NCBI RefSeq assembly: GCF_001949145.1
Contig: NW_019091402.1
Location: 1,364,001 to 1,426,000, forward strand
Length of the DNA stretch: 62,000 nucleotides
Reading direction: 5' to 3'
DNA from: Acanthaster planci
Taxonomy: Eukaryota
The notes under the pieces were generated by a model, which worked only from the letters and a program-made list of their open reading frames with translations, did no database searches and had not been told where the DNA came from. A program made the translations under genes and the position numbers. Position 1 is the first letter of the stretch; every line of letters starts with the position of its first letter. Positions 11,260 to 22,463 of the stretch are shown here, piece after piece.

Positions 11260-11337
11260 ATGTCAGCCCAACCTGTGGACTTGGTGTTGTACATCAGAAT
11301 GGTGCTGAATTATCTAGGGCTGGAGAGCAACTACAGG
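11260..11337 (+). CDS. MTFR first coding exon (MSAQPVDLVLYIRMVLNYLGLESNYR)
   Basis: ATG 11260, donor gtaaga; upstream acceptor at 11210. Confidence 0.82.
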
Positions 11338-14300
11338 GTAAGACTAAGTCCTCTTAGTTTAGTTCACCGGCAAAAGAAAGACAGCCTGTCAAGATGGCAG
11401 CCATGCAAACCCTCTATTGCAGATGTACATGCAAACAGTTTATCAAACACACCAACCATCTCTGCCCTCATGAGTTGTACTCCTGGGTGGAGAAGCAAAT
11501 AGGGGTGAAGTGGCTTTCCCAAAGTAACATCATCCAGCCAGCTGCTGGAGTTGAACCCTGACCCTCTCATTAGGAGTAACAGATCTAGTCATTCGACCAC
11601 ATGGTACTCACCAATTGTGATCAAGTCCGTTCTTTCTTTTATTTTTTCTCAGGAGCACGTGAATGCTCGTGCTAAGAAAGGTCGTCATAGAAGCTTAGTT
11701 CGTCAGATTGGCACATCACTTCCTCTTAAACCAGTCCGGAGAGTTCACTTCCAGGTGGTTGACACATTCGGGTTTCTCTTGTTTTGGTCACGTTTTCAAG
11801 ATATTTTGATTGTTATTTGTTTCTAACAACATATGCAGAGATAAGTGAGTTTACGACCTGTTAAATGGGCAAAAACGTGTTTACATTAGACACCAAAATA
11901 TTAGCAAAAGTCCAGAAAATCCAACCACCCTCTTGACAATTGCGCTGTCATGGTTAAAAAAAAAATTAATATCTGGGTTCCTGTTGCACATGCTATAAAA
12001 TTAATGCACTTATGGAATGTTTTCCTTTGTAGTACATTGCCTAGTAACTTAGGTTGTCTGCATTTTTTTGCATTTTTTTGGTCTTGAAATTGCAAGTGTT
12101 GTGATGATTTTGAAGTTTGTTTTTCTGTTAGATTGTCAGTAGGAGGCATTATGCAAGGAGACAGAACAGAACTCCGCAGTTTATTGACGATGAATGCGAG
12201 CCAATGTACATCGCCAATTTAGCTGATTTATCATGGATTGACATTTCTAGTCCTGACAAGAATGTCCGTGGAAGGTACGATTCTTAAGAACAGATTTTAA
12301 GATTTCAAGAAAGAAAGATGATCTCAAGTTATGTCCTTGGTTTGAGAAACGTTAGAGTCACACTTCTTGCTGATGAAAATGATTCTTTCTGTTTGTGTTG
12401 ACAGAGCTGAGTTAAGACCCTTCGTCAGTCGGAGAAAATCCCTCCGAACGCCGCGCCGGAGAACGTGTTTCATTCGCCGGCCGAGAGAGCCCGATATCAG
12501 TGAGTTGTCTGACGAACCGTACGCCTCACCGAGTGTGGAGTCTTTTTCGCGTTCGCTGTGTGCGCTGGATGCGTCGACCCCCGTCTACGATCCGTCGGCT
12601 CTGGCAAAGATTGGCCAGTTGGAGGATGAGTTGTCAAAACTCCGAGCACAGATCGCACACATTGTGACTTTGCAGAGCCAGCAGCAACCCACAGGTAATC
12701 AAATCTCCAAGAGTTAAAGCACTCTTTTGATTCAGTTACCCTCTTGGCCAGACTCAAATCCATGGAAATCAGCTGTGTTACCAGGAATGCCCATCAGTCA
12801 TTGGTGCAGAGGCAGTTGTGGTATATTGCCTTGCTCAGGGACATACAAGATAGTTGCTTGGATCTGTGCATGTTAGTGCCATACCAGACCAGACTGTTTT
12901 CACTGCCTAGTTTGTCAATAAACTTGTTATCACTGCAGGTGCCACCCCGGCCCCCGTGCCTCCACCACCCCCTGCGAGTGGGGGTCCGCCACCTCCCCCA
13001 CCACCCCCTCCCCCACCTGTGGCTGCCTCAACTCAGTGCCTCAGTGTTGCCGGCCAAATCAGACTCGTGAGTTTTATAGTTTAAAGAAACCGTTTCAAAA
13101 TCTGAAACAGTCAAGTGCAAAACCTGCCGATTCACGTACAATTGAATGCTGAGACGAACCCAATGCAGCAGAAATTCCAAGCTATTTGATAAAGCAACAT
13201 GAGAATCTGAAAACTCATGAAAAATAAGATGAAAATAAAAGAGAATTTCAACTTTTTCAAGTGAATGATTATAACCATGATGTAATCGTGATTATCGTAA
13301 TGATAAATAGTGATTCGAAAAATTTAGATGCATTATCAGTTGAATATTCAGGGCTGAGGACAGAATGAAGTAAATAGCCACCAAACTGTTCACCCTCTCC
13401 AGAATCGCGCAAAGAAGGGAAAAGAAGATTCGAGTTCATCTATTTCTGATGGAGGCAAGCCCAACATGGCCGATGTCCTAAAAGGTCTTGGCTCAGTCAA
13501 GCTGCGGACTGTGGCAAGGTAATGTCTAACGCCACTCCTATTGAGGGTTTGCATGGCTGACATCTTGCAGGCCAGGGCTTTTGTTCCACTGGGTATGCAC
13601 AAAGGAAGTTTTCCTGTGGGACAAAAGAACTGCCTTGCAAGATGGCTGCCACGCATAGCCTTTACATGTAATTTGTGTGAGTCGCTGCAGAGGAAAGTCA
13701 GCTTTTACGGCTTTACATGCAGCGCATAATGGGATAAACATGATGTTTTGCTGGACGCACGACAGAGTGACATCTTAGTACGATAGTATTGCCGTGCCAT
13801 GATGTGGCTCAGGTTGCATAGACTTTGTGCACAAGATACATACGTTCATTGTTTGGCAACTATACACAATGCGTTAGTTCATGGAGCATCTGACGCTTTG
13901 TAGATATTACTGAACAGAATCCACAAGAATCAACTATTTTACCTCTTCTCAGTGTGTACACTTTAGTCTAAATGATTTACTTTTATTGACAAGGCTTCAG
14001 AATAACCTCATATTGTATAGGACATGTACCTAGCAAAGAACAGTTGTGGAAAATTACATATTCAAGAAGTTGATTGTCATATCAAAAAAAAGAAGTAGTG
14101 CCCTTGAGGAAAATTTCAGGTAGCGAACAGTATGCGATGTAACTCCTTGCTGTTGTGCGTTCAAATGCATGGGCAGTCCCCTGTTCTTAAGTACAATAGT
14201 GATTCACTTATCATAGCTACATGTAGAAGTTTCACGATGACACTGGCAGTGCATATGTTGGTTCTTTACAAACCAGATCGCCTGGTGGAACTCCAATCCG

Positions 14301-14780
14301 TCAGAAGCCACGGCCGACCACCGCCAACGACGCGGCGGCGCTGATCGCCCAGGCTCTGAAGAGGAAGTTTGCCCGTCAGAGAGCCGAAGAAAGTCCTGAT
14401 AACAAGGAGAACAATGTCTGGGTGACGCCGTCACCGAAGAAGAACAGCCCCAGAAATGCTAGCCCAAAGGTATATTCACTGTTTACTGCATTCATTGAAA
14501 AACTAGGGTTTCTGAATTTTTTGTCCCAGAAAATCATTTGCCAAGTCGTCACATTCAACCAGTGTTTTGGGACGTAGAAATAATTCAGTTAAGAAGTCTG
14601 TATTAGACAAACACAGCATTTTCACTAGAGAAAGATTGGAGCCTGCAACCCTAAGATTTTGACTTATAGGTTTTTTATTTGTTTCCTTTTGCTCTGCAGT
14701 TTGGACAGCACTTGCTAAAGCCGACCAAGCTGAGTCAGGGTACCAGATCCAGCCGCCCGCTTGTTGAAATTAACGTATAG
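11260..14780 (+). CDS. MTFR1: Mitochondrial fission regulator family protein (MTFR1/MTFR2 co-orthologue), complete, 376 aa; exons 11260-11337, 11653-11754, 12132-12274, 12405-12694, 12939-13066, 13403-13518, 14277-14469, 14700-14780
   Basis: Motifs IRMVLNYLG, HRSLVRQIGTSLPLKPVRRVHFQ, ANLADLSWI, ALAKIGQLEDELSKLRAQIAHIV, polyproline, PNMADVLKGLGSVKLRTVARSPGGTP, AAALIAQALKRKFA, FGQHLLKPT. Total 1131 nt, in frame, GT-AG. The C-terminal RSPGG and KEN..W features resemble MTFR2, so the paralogue symbol is approximate. Confidence 0.92.
11385..11418. mobile_element. Half copy (one arm) of MITE family A
   Basis: CAAGATGGCAGCCATGCAAACCCTCTA is identical to the right arm of the copy at 42223. Confidence 0.65.
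11653..11754 (+). CDS. MTFR exon (EHVNARAKKGRHRSLVRQIGTSLPLKPVRRVHFQ)
   Basis: tctcag|GAG...CAG|gtggtt; 102 nt. Confidence 0.9.
12132..12274 (+). CDS. MTFR exon (IVSRRH...IANLADLSWIDISSPDKNVRG)
   Basis: tgttag|ATT...AG|gtacga; 143 nt. Confidence 0.87.
12405..12694 (+). CDS. MTFR exon with coiled coil (ALAKIGQLEDELSKLRAQIAHIV)
   Basis: tgacag|A...G|gtaatc; 290 nt. Confidence 0.92.
12939..13066 (+). CDS. MTFR polyproline exon
   Basis: ctgcag|GT...CTC|gtgagt; 128 nt; VPPPPPASGGPPPPPPPPPPPVA. Confidence 0.9.
13403..13518 (+). CDS. MTFR exon (KPNMADVLKGLGSVKLRTVA)
   Basis: ctccag|AAT...AG|gtaatg; 116 nt. Confidence 0.92.
13539..13664. mobile_element. MITE family A, copy 2 (loop in reverse orientation), ~20 nt into an MTFR intron
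   Basis: GAGGGTTTGCATGGCTGACATCTTGCAGG...GCAAGATGGCTGCCACGCATAGCC. Confidence 0.78.
14277..14469 (+). CDS. MTFR exon (SPGGTP...ALIAQALKRKFA...DNKENNVWVTPSPKK)
   Basis: aaccag|A...AAG|gtatat; 193 nt. Confidence 0.92.
14700..14780 (+). CDS. MTFR last exon (FGQHLLKPTKLSQGTRSSRPLVEINV*)
   Basis: ctgcag|TTT...TAG; 81 nt. Confidence 0.9.
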   Translation, partial: FGQHLLKPTKLSQGTRSSRPLVEINV

Positions 14781-15599
14781 CAGTCAGTGACTTGATCAAA
14801 GTCATCACGTGAGAAGTGCATGTCATGTTTCAACAATATGCAAGGTACCCAGTCATGTACATTTATGACGCTCATGGCTTGACATTTTTACTTGCATTTT
14901 GTGCCTTTGAATCCTACACTGATGGCTTTGGAAAAGATTGTTTGGCCGTTGGCCAAATTTCCCAAGGTCAAAATCCAGAAAATATTGAAAGTGGCTAACC
15001 ATTTGTGACTGGCTCCACAAAAACGGGAATTATGGGACTTTTTTCCAAAGTGAGTTACATACAGATTTGAATTGGTTACGTTGTAAGCTTTTCTTTGGTG
15101 TAGGTTTGAACCCTGTGGCATTTTGCAATCTGGAGATATTTTGATTTTTGCATAATCATATCATACACATACAGAATTACTTTCAGAGATAAAGCCCTTT
15201 AAACACAGGAAGTGGAAAAAGAAATCAGCCAAGAAGAAAGTCTCTTGATACCCATAGCAACAGTTACGTTTCTTGTATAAACTGTGAAAGTATTGATATA
15301 ATAGAAGCCAATAACCAAGAATTAAAAAATCAGCCTGTCCACATAAAAAAGCCGGTCATGTGAAATAGCAGTGTCCCTTAATACCCTTTTTCGCAGAGTG
15401 GGTCACATTTTGGCAATAGATGGTTTAAATAATTGTGCGAAATAACGGACCTGATTAAGGACATTTACCCCATCAATGCTTGGTATCAATTCTGACACTG
15501 CTCCTCTTTCGACGTGGGTAAAAAATATGAAGCTACGTGGTTTATTAAAATTTGTACCATGTTCATTCAGTTGATGTTAGGTGGAAAAAAGTCTTACCA

Positions 15600-15605
15600 A
15601 ATAAA
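15600..15605 (+). terminator. Likely MTFR polyadenylation signal
   Basis: AATAAA followed by a GT/T-rich tract (atgtttgttatttttgt). Confidence 0.55.
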
Positions 15606-16829
15606 GTGTACATTAATGTAAATGTTTGTTATTTTTGTATATTTTTATTCAGTTCCTGTAAGATTTGCTCACCTGTAACTTTTTATGTTTACTTAAATTT
15701 GTCTTTGTGCTTCGTGATTCTGAGCTTACAGGATAGAAGTCAACCTTTAGGCCAGCTGCACTGTCCTGTGCATATATCCCAATGAATTTGTAAAACTTCT
15801 CAGCAACCCAACGAACATCAGGTGTTGTGCATGTAGTGGTTTCTAAAAGTAACAGCGAACAATGCAAATGGCAAAATGACGTCAAGAACAGCTCATAAAA
15901 AGTGGCTGTCATATACAAATTGCACGGTGCATGCCCCAATTAGCGTCCATCTAGTTAAAGCACAGCCACCAACTTGGTCTTTGCAGGACGCCCCAATTAC
16001 GTTTGAACTCCTCCCCAAACGAGGGTATTACATTTACGTGGATGATAATATTCAAATCACTTGGAAAGGGAAAACATGAAAGTGAAATTAGGCTAGGACA
16101 GTCCTCCCAAATTCACAGAGACTTACACGATCAGATTTGGAGGATTTTTAAATAATTTTATTTCTCAGAATAACCTTTTAAAATTGATTTGTTTTCTTAA
16201 TAGAATATTGAGACATTCATAATAACATTAATAAAAGAAAATTCAATATACAAAAGACTTTGGCGGGCCTAGTGAAGTTCTTGTCAAAAAAACTATTTGT
16301 ACAAATGTTTTAACACCAATGCTCATAAATATAGGTAATAAAATTTGAATGGAACACCTAAATACATTGAACTTAAGAGGAATAGAATTAAAAGGAGAAA
16401 AAAATTAACACGTTGCCATTTACACACTGACTTGAAACAAAATGGGAAAGAATCTTCTCTACAAAACTGAATGGCCAAAAGATAACTTATTGTTTTCATT
16501 TTACAAATACTGCAGTGTGAAGTTATCCTTTTTGACTTTTTTTTTTAGCCAACTTATTGCAATTAAGAACGGGTAAATGATGCTTTAACTTCACTTACCC
16601 CAAAATTGGATACTGTTTTAAGAAACAATTATTGCAAATGCATGCAAAATATAAATAAAACTTCTTACAGTGAAATTCTATACAAAACCTTAAAAAGATG
16701 TATAGGTGAAGTTAGCCAGTTTCCCGTGCAAAATGTTGTTTATTTCCCCACAATAACTGCTACAAGAAAGATGGTGTAAAGCAGCTCACTCATGGAGTGA
16801 TGAATTCAAAACTGTTGCAAAGCGCACCT

Positions 16830-16955
16830 ATAGAGGCTTTACGTGGTAGCCATCTTGCGGGGCACAGCTTTTGTTCCACAGGATATGCACAAAGGAGGTT
16901 TCCCTGTGGAACAAAAGAGCTACCCTGTAAGATGGCTATCATGCAAAGCCTCTAT
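16830..16955. mobile_element. MITE family A, copy 3
   Basis: ATAGAGGCTTTACGTGGTAGCCATCTTGC...GTAAGATGGCTATCATGCAAAGCCTCTAT. Confidence 0.8.
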
Positions 16956-18286
16956 TCTACTTTGTACACAGTTGGGCTGTGACTAATATTATGGCTATGG
17001 CTGATAATGGATACATGTGCCTTGGGAGGCCAGTGGCTAGGGGTTCTTTCCATATAAAACAGACACGTGTGCTGCCGACAGCCGTAGCCACGACTTTTGG
17101 ACGTGTCTGTCCTGAGCCCAGCTGTCCAACAATGCAATGATACAGTTATCTTTAAAGGGCCTTCTCTAAAATAAAAAAAAAATCTCATCTCTGGCATTTC
17201 CCTCTTTCCTTGATCCATTGTCACAACTTTACGGCTCAAACAAAAACAATAGACTCTCAAAGGGTGGCTTTCTATGGTAGGGCGGCCATGTAAATCTTCT
17301 TACAGTGGCCTGATTTCAGCCTTTTTCCCCCATGATTTTCAATTACAAATTTGGACCAAACATAAGGAACCTTTTCCTGCATACTCAAAATTTCAGACAA
17401 GTGTCAGAGCCCACATACATCTTCAAGATGAAAAATGTCGAGGTCCCTGTCACCAAAATGGACTCTATACGTGGATTTGAGATTGGAAAACGGACGCTCC
17501 AAGCCTAAATGGAGCTGACATTTGAGAAATGGACACAAGCTACCCACAATAATGTTCCTGGCATGAATCCTGCGATCTGTCTGGTGTGCCCATGCATAAA
17601 GCCTCAATAGCCCTATGTACCGATGACGTACAGCAGTGTTTATAGCAGTGTGTGGTTGGATAGAACAGGAGTCATCGGTGCATACACCCCCCCCCGCACA
17701 CTGTTATCATAAGCGCACAGACTAATCCTATTGGACATCATAACTAGCACAGCATTCATGCGCACATTCTTTAGCTTGACGTGCACATGCATTTGGCAAA
17801 TCACAACACCCTATTGGTCAATGAGTCACGTAAATCACGGGTACCACCTGTCCACGAGTGTTGTGCCACCGCAGTAATGGCCTTCTAATTCTGACGGTCA
17901 AATTACACCCCGAGTGTGTTCACCTCTGAGTCCAAAAGGAAATTTTTGGGTAACCATCATTTTAAATCTTCCCAGGAATTACCGTCCACTACTGGAAATG
18001 GTGATATTGCACCTTGCACTTTTGTGATTGAATGTAACTTGTCCATCTGTCATTTCCCCTACTTGTGGCAAACAACGGCCATGTAAGTCGCACCAATAAC
18101 CCCAGTGTATCCCATAATGCACTGCAGTAAATACGTTGGCATACCCATGCATCATCTGTACATTGGGCTGCATATACAACATAGCATCACGCGAGACACC
18201 TCTGATATAACACAAGACTTGTTTAAAATTACTTCTAGTGTAAACAAATAATATCGCTGGCATGTCAACTCTTTATGCAAGGTGCA

Positions 18287-18360
18287 TTGACGGAAATCAA
18301 GGGAACTTGACGGAAATCAAGGGAACTTGATGGAAATCATGGGATCTTGACGGAAATCAA
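18287..18360. repeat. 20-bp tandem repeat, ~3.7 copies
   Basis: (TTGACGGAAATCAAGGGAAC)n. Confidence 0.9.
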
Positions 18361-21300
18361 TGTAACAGAAAGATCCTTTTGCTGAGTCTTGGGAATTTCT
18401 CCAAGTTGATTGCAGCCAGTGTTTGCAATTCTTGTCTTTCAAAAGCTAAAGCAAGGCTCACGAATCAAAAATCAGCTGGGACACCGTGCAACATGAGTGG
18501 ATCCCTATCTAAACATAGGGTGAGCTCAGCAACAAGTGTGACCTTTTGAAGGGACAAATTCTGCAGAATTTGGCATGCTTCTGAACCAATCTTTACATAA
18601 ACACTGTCTTGAAAAATGCCATGGAAAAAATGGAACACACAGTAAAAAATAACAGCAGTTTCAAATAAACGACAACAGTTGACACTTTTTGTGTCTAATG
18701 TAATAATGCTGGCAAAATTTCAAGAATCTTATTAGTTTTTTATCTCTACACTTTTCACAACTGTCTTGGCAGTGACTATTACGAAGCTTTGAAATTTGCT
18801 GCAGACCTCAGGCTCCTCTGAGTGTACACCAATGCTTATCCCGTCGTTGTGAAGACCTGATTGTTGTATGGCTGAGGAACGTGCGATGTTCCAGACTAGT
18901 CCAACACTGTGTGTCATGACATGTCCAGTGGAACTGTGTTTCCAGATATTTCGAGATTTGAAATGCAGATTCAAAAAAACAGTTTCAATACCAAACACCA
19001 TTCTTCTGGAACTGGCGGCGACAAGAGTCCTCCGAACTACCAATGGTTAATTTTTGACTAAAACCTGCCAAAGCTCCCCGGAAATGATTAAGCTCATCAA
19101 ATTTGCTCAGTGTTCTGACAAATATGGTTGGCAGCGCTGCCAACAAAAAGGGTGCTGGGAATTTGGAGAAGATTCGGATTGGCCTTCCCGTTTGGTTGCG
19201 TCAGGCTAAAGAGACTGACAAGCCGGTGAGATCTTACGGGGAATGACACTGCATCTGTTCGGCTGAGAAATTCCAAGCAGTTGTCGTGGCACACATGGGC
19301 AGTGTCTAGTTGACAGCCGGTTAATGACTGGCATACCACTGGCAAAGCAGCAAAGAACCGTTCATGAATTTCACTCCTAGCATCTCTGTTGACATGGCGT
19401 GCACTTTTACACGTGACCAGCAGCAAAAACGCACGGTACAAAAAAGTGCATGAACTTGTAATACTACAAAGGCATAATACCTCATCGAGACTATACAATA
19501 CTTGTACGAATTTCTCTCAATATGTACAATCGTTTGATACAAAATGCCAAATATTACTTGTCAAAAATTCCTTGGAATGTATTTGATTTGTGCCACATCA
19601 GGCAACAACAGCCAAAGCGTGTAAAGAAAAAACAGTACATTCAACGATAAATGGTTCAACAGTTTTCTTCCACTGTGACAAAAAGTGCTTCATTTTTTTT
19701 TACAAACACTAAAACACCCAAAGGAGATACAGCCAACTTTGGCCGTGTCCACACTGCACACTTCAAGAGCCACCGCTAAATGCATGTTATTTGCAACAGT
19801 CAAACACATAGCCTTGTCCAAGGCAGTGTCAGTGGTTTTTTTTTTTGGAGGGAGATTATCAGGCCTGGCACTCAGGACCCACAGCAAACGAGCTGCCATG
19901 CACTATCACGGTGCACCAACCTTCGTATGGTATAGCTACAGGTGTACTCTGGGAAATCCCATATACAGCACAGAGTATGTGGCACAATCGTGCATGTTAC
20001 GCATGACCTGTTAGGTTATGGACTGGTCGTGGGGCATGTACATGTGAGTGTGAGTCGAAGCTATTGGCACACAACACATGCAAAAGGCAGGCAGACCAGA
20101 CCCCTCTAAGTGGGTGCACGCACCGTTTACAGTAGGCTAGATTTACCCAACGCCTTGGTGAAGGGTATTGAAACCTGAACACATGCAGCTCCAGACTTAG
20201 ACGTGGCCTCGTGTTGGCCGTGAACATTTGACAGACGTGTACGCACTTTGAAAAGCAACTGCGATATTTCAAGGGAACCACTTTAAAATTTTCACTGACA
20301 CTGCAGTTTTTCTAAAAAATTAAAAATTCACGTGCTGTTTTCTTATCCTATTTCTTCAAAATCTACCTAATGCATGGAAATCCAACAGCAGCAACATGAA
20401 TAGAAATGTACATGTATAACAGAAACCCATGTATCGAGGTAAACTTTGGAAACAAACACAATTGGCAGTGAACCATACTCAGAATACAAATCACATTGAA
20501 AAACTTCTGTCAATAGAGGGCAGCAAGCATCCTGGCCTCAGCCATGTGCAATGTACTGTTCCACGTTGCAGCCCTTCTGAACACTTACTTTTATTAAAAA
20601 TAATGAACTCGACAAGACCACGCACACTGGCACCGTAGCTGTGGGGGCTACACAAGTGTTTAACGATAGTAGTTATGAGGACAATGCTTTGTCCCCACAA
20701 CTTGGTACCAAACTTCTGAACACAGGAAACTGTCCCCTCAGTGCAGAGCTCGCCAGGGCGTTGAGATACCACTCTCATGCTGGACTCACACTCAGTGTCT
20801 TTTAGTACTTATACTCAGAGCAGCGAATCTTTTCATTAAGTAATTGTTCCTACTCAAGGAACAGCACTTGTTCCCAACGTGGGTGCATTTAGACTGCCAG
20901 TTTGAGAAGAAAACAGTTACCAATTCCTACATTTAAATAAACCAGTTGCCAGAGAGTCCTGACTTCTGAAGTCAAACCTCATTTTGCTTTTACAATGTGT
21001 GGTTGGTGCATCAGTTTCTTTGTGGCACCAATGACATTCAAATGTGAGAATCGAGATCAAAACTCAGCTTGAAGACTCTGAATGAGTATTTGAGTAAACG
21101 CTTGCACCAAACATTAGCCAGAATTTGGCATTTTTAGAACAAACGACTTTCTTTTATTCACAAGTAAATGAATGACACCTACAGAAGGCTCGAGACCAAG
21201 TCTGTATTCACACACATGCGTATGTATACTAAATACTGAGACTTGCTTTCAAGGCTTCCGACAATTTCAGAAGACAAATTGGACAAATTAGACGTAACAT

Positions 21301-22257
21301 TTTGATACCACCATGACTAAACATTTCTGTATAACTGTACTTCGTTTGACTTGACCTAAAAGCTGACATACGCTGATGATACCACCTTTTATCACATACA
21401 CGCAGCTTTCAAAAATCACTCCCTTATTAAAATAGCTGATGCAAAAAGGAACCAAAAACTGCAGCACTTTTTAGAGTTGACACTGTCCAACCTGTCGTTG
21501 GGGGGGGTGTTAAGATTTAAAAAATGCAGCCACGTCACACAAAAAGTTTCTGTAGCCACCGTTGACAAAAAAGAAATGAAATTTGGCACGGTGCAAAATT
21601 ACTTTCATGAAAATTTCAAGCTATGCTTGCAAAAAAGCCTATTTCTTGCCTTTACGCAGTTCTGCCAACTTCCACATCCTCAAGAGGTTTCTTTGTCACT
21701 TTTTTCCCTTGCTAAGTGGAGTCCGCAGAAGAGACTGAGCAAAGATTTCCACGACAACCAGGGAATACGCCACCAACTCCAAAAGTGGACAGTAATTTGT
21801 GGCTGCGGTAAAATCTTAATGATAGGGTGCACGGCCAAAAACGACCGAAGACTGCAATTCTTGACCAAGTTACATGTAGAAATGCTCGCCTCAATGTGAC
21901 ATCCACTTTGCCGCTTCAGAGCAGAGTAAACTTTAATCGGTCCCAAACAACAGTCAGGAAGTTTGCCGAGGAAACCTCAAATTTGTTGATACCCTGCACG
22001 TGAAGACGCCTTGCATCAAAGGTGGCTGTCGACAACCAGTGACGTGACCACCTTGGTCTCAACTAAACTGAGTTGGTCAAACGGAACTTCCACAGTCACT
22101 CCTAGTCGGTTTCTCGGCTAGCGGGTATCTAAGATAAGAACTGGGAGCAAACGCTGAACATGCAAACAGCGCCCTCATGCAACAAGTTCCTCCCTAACGC
22201 AGACCGTTATGAACGCAATCCTGAATGCTGGAGAATCATGGCATGGCAATTGTCGGC

Positions 22258-22463
22258 CTAAAATGAATCTCCCTTTGTCGTCGGAGGTACAGTCTTGGAC
22301 TGCATCTCCTTGGACTGCTTTTTATGCTGTGCGATGGAGGCCAGCTGGGATGAGGTGAAGTCCTGTATGACGGGGCCGAGCGCTGGTGGTACCGAGTACC
22401 AGCTACTGGTGGCTTGACCCAGCATCCGGGGTGGGGGCCGAGGGGAAAGACTAGGGGAGATAC
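22258..22463 (-). CDS. PDE7 probable last coding exon ([16 protein letters not shown]...TTKGDSF*)
   Basis: Strong acceptor ttttttccccag; phase matches the 23355 donor; open to TAG at 22258-22260. Confidence 0.72.
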
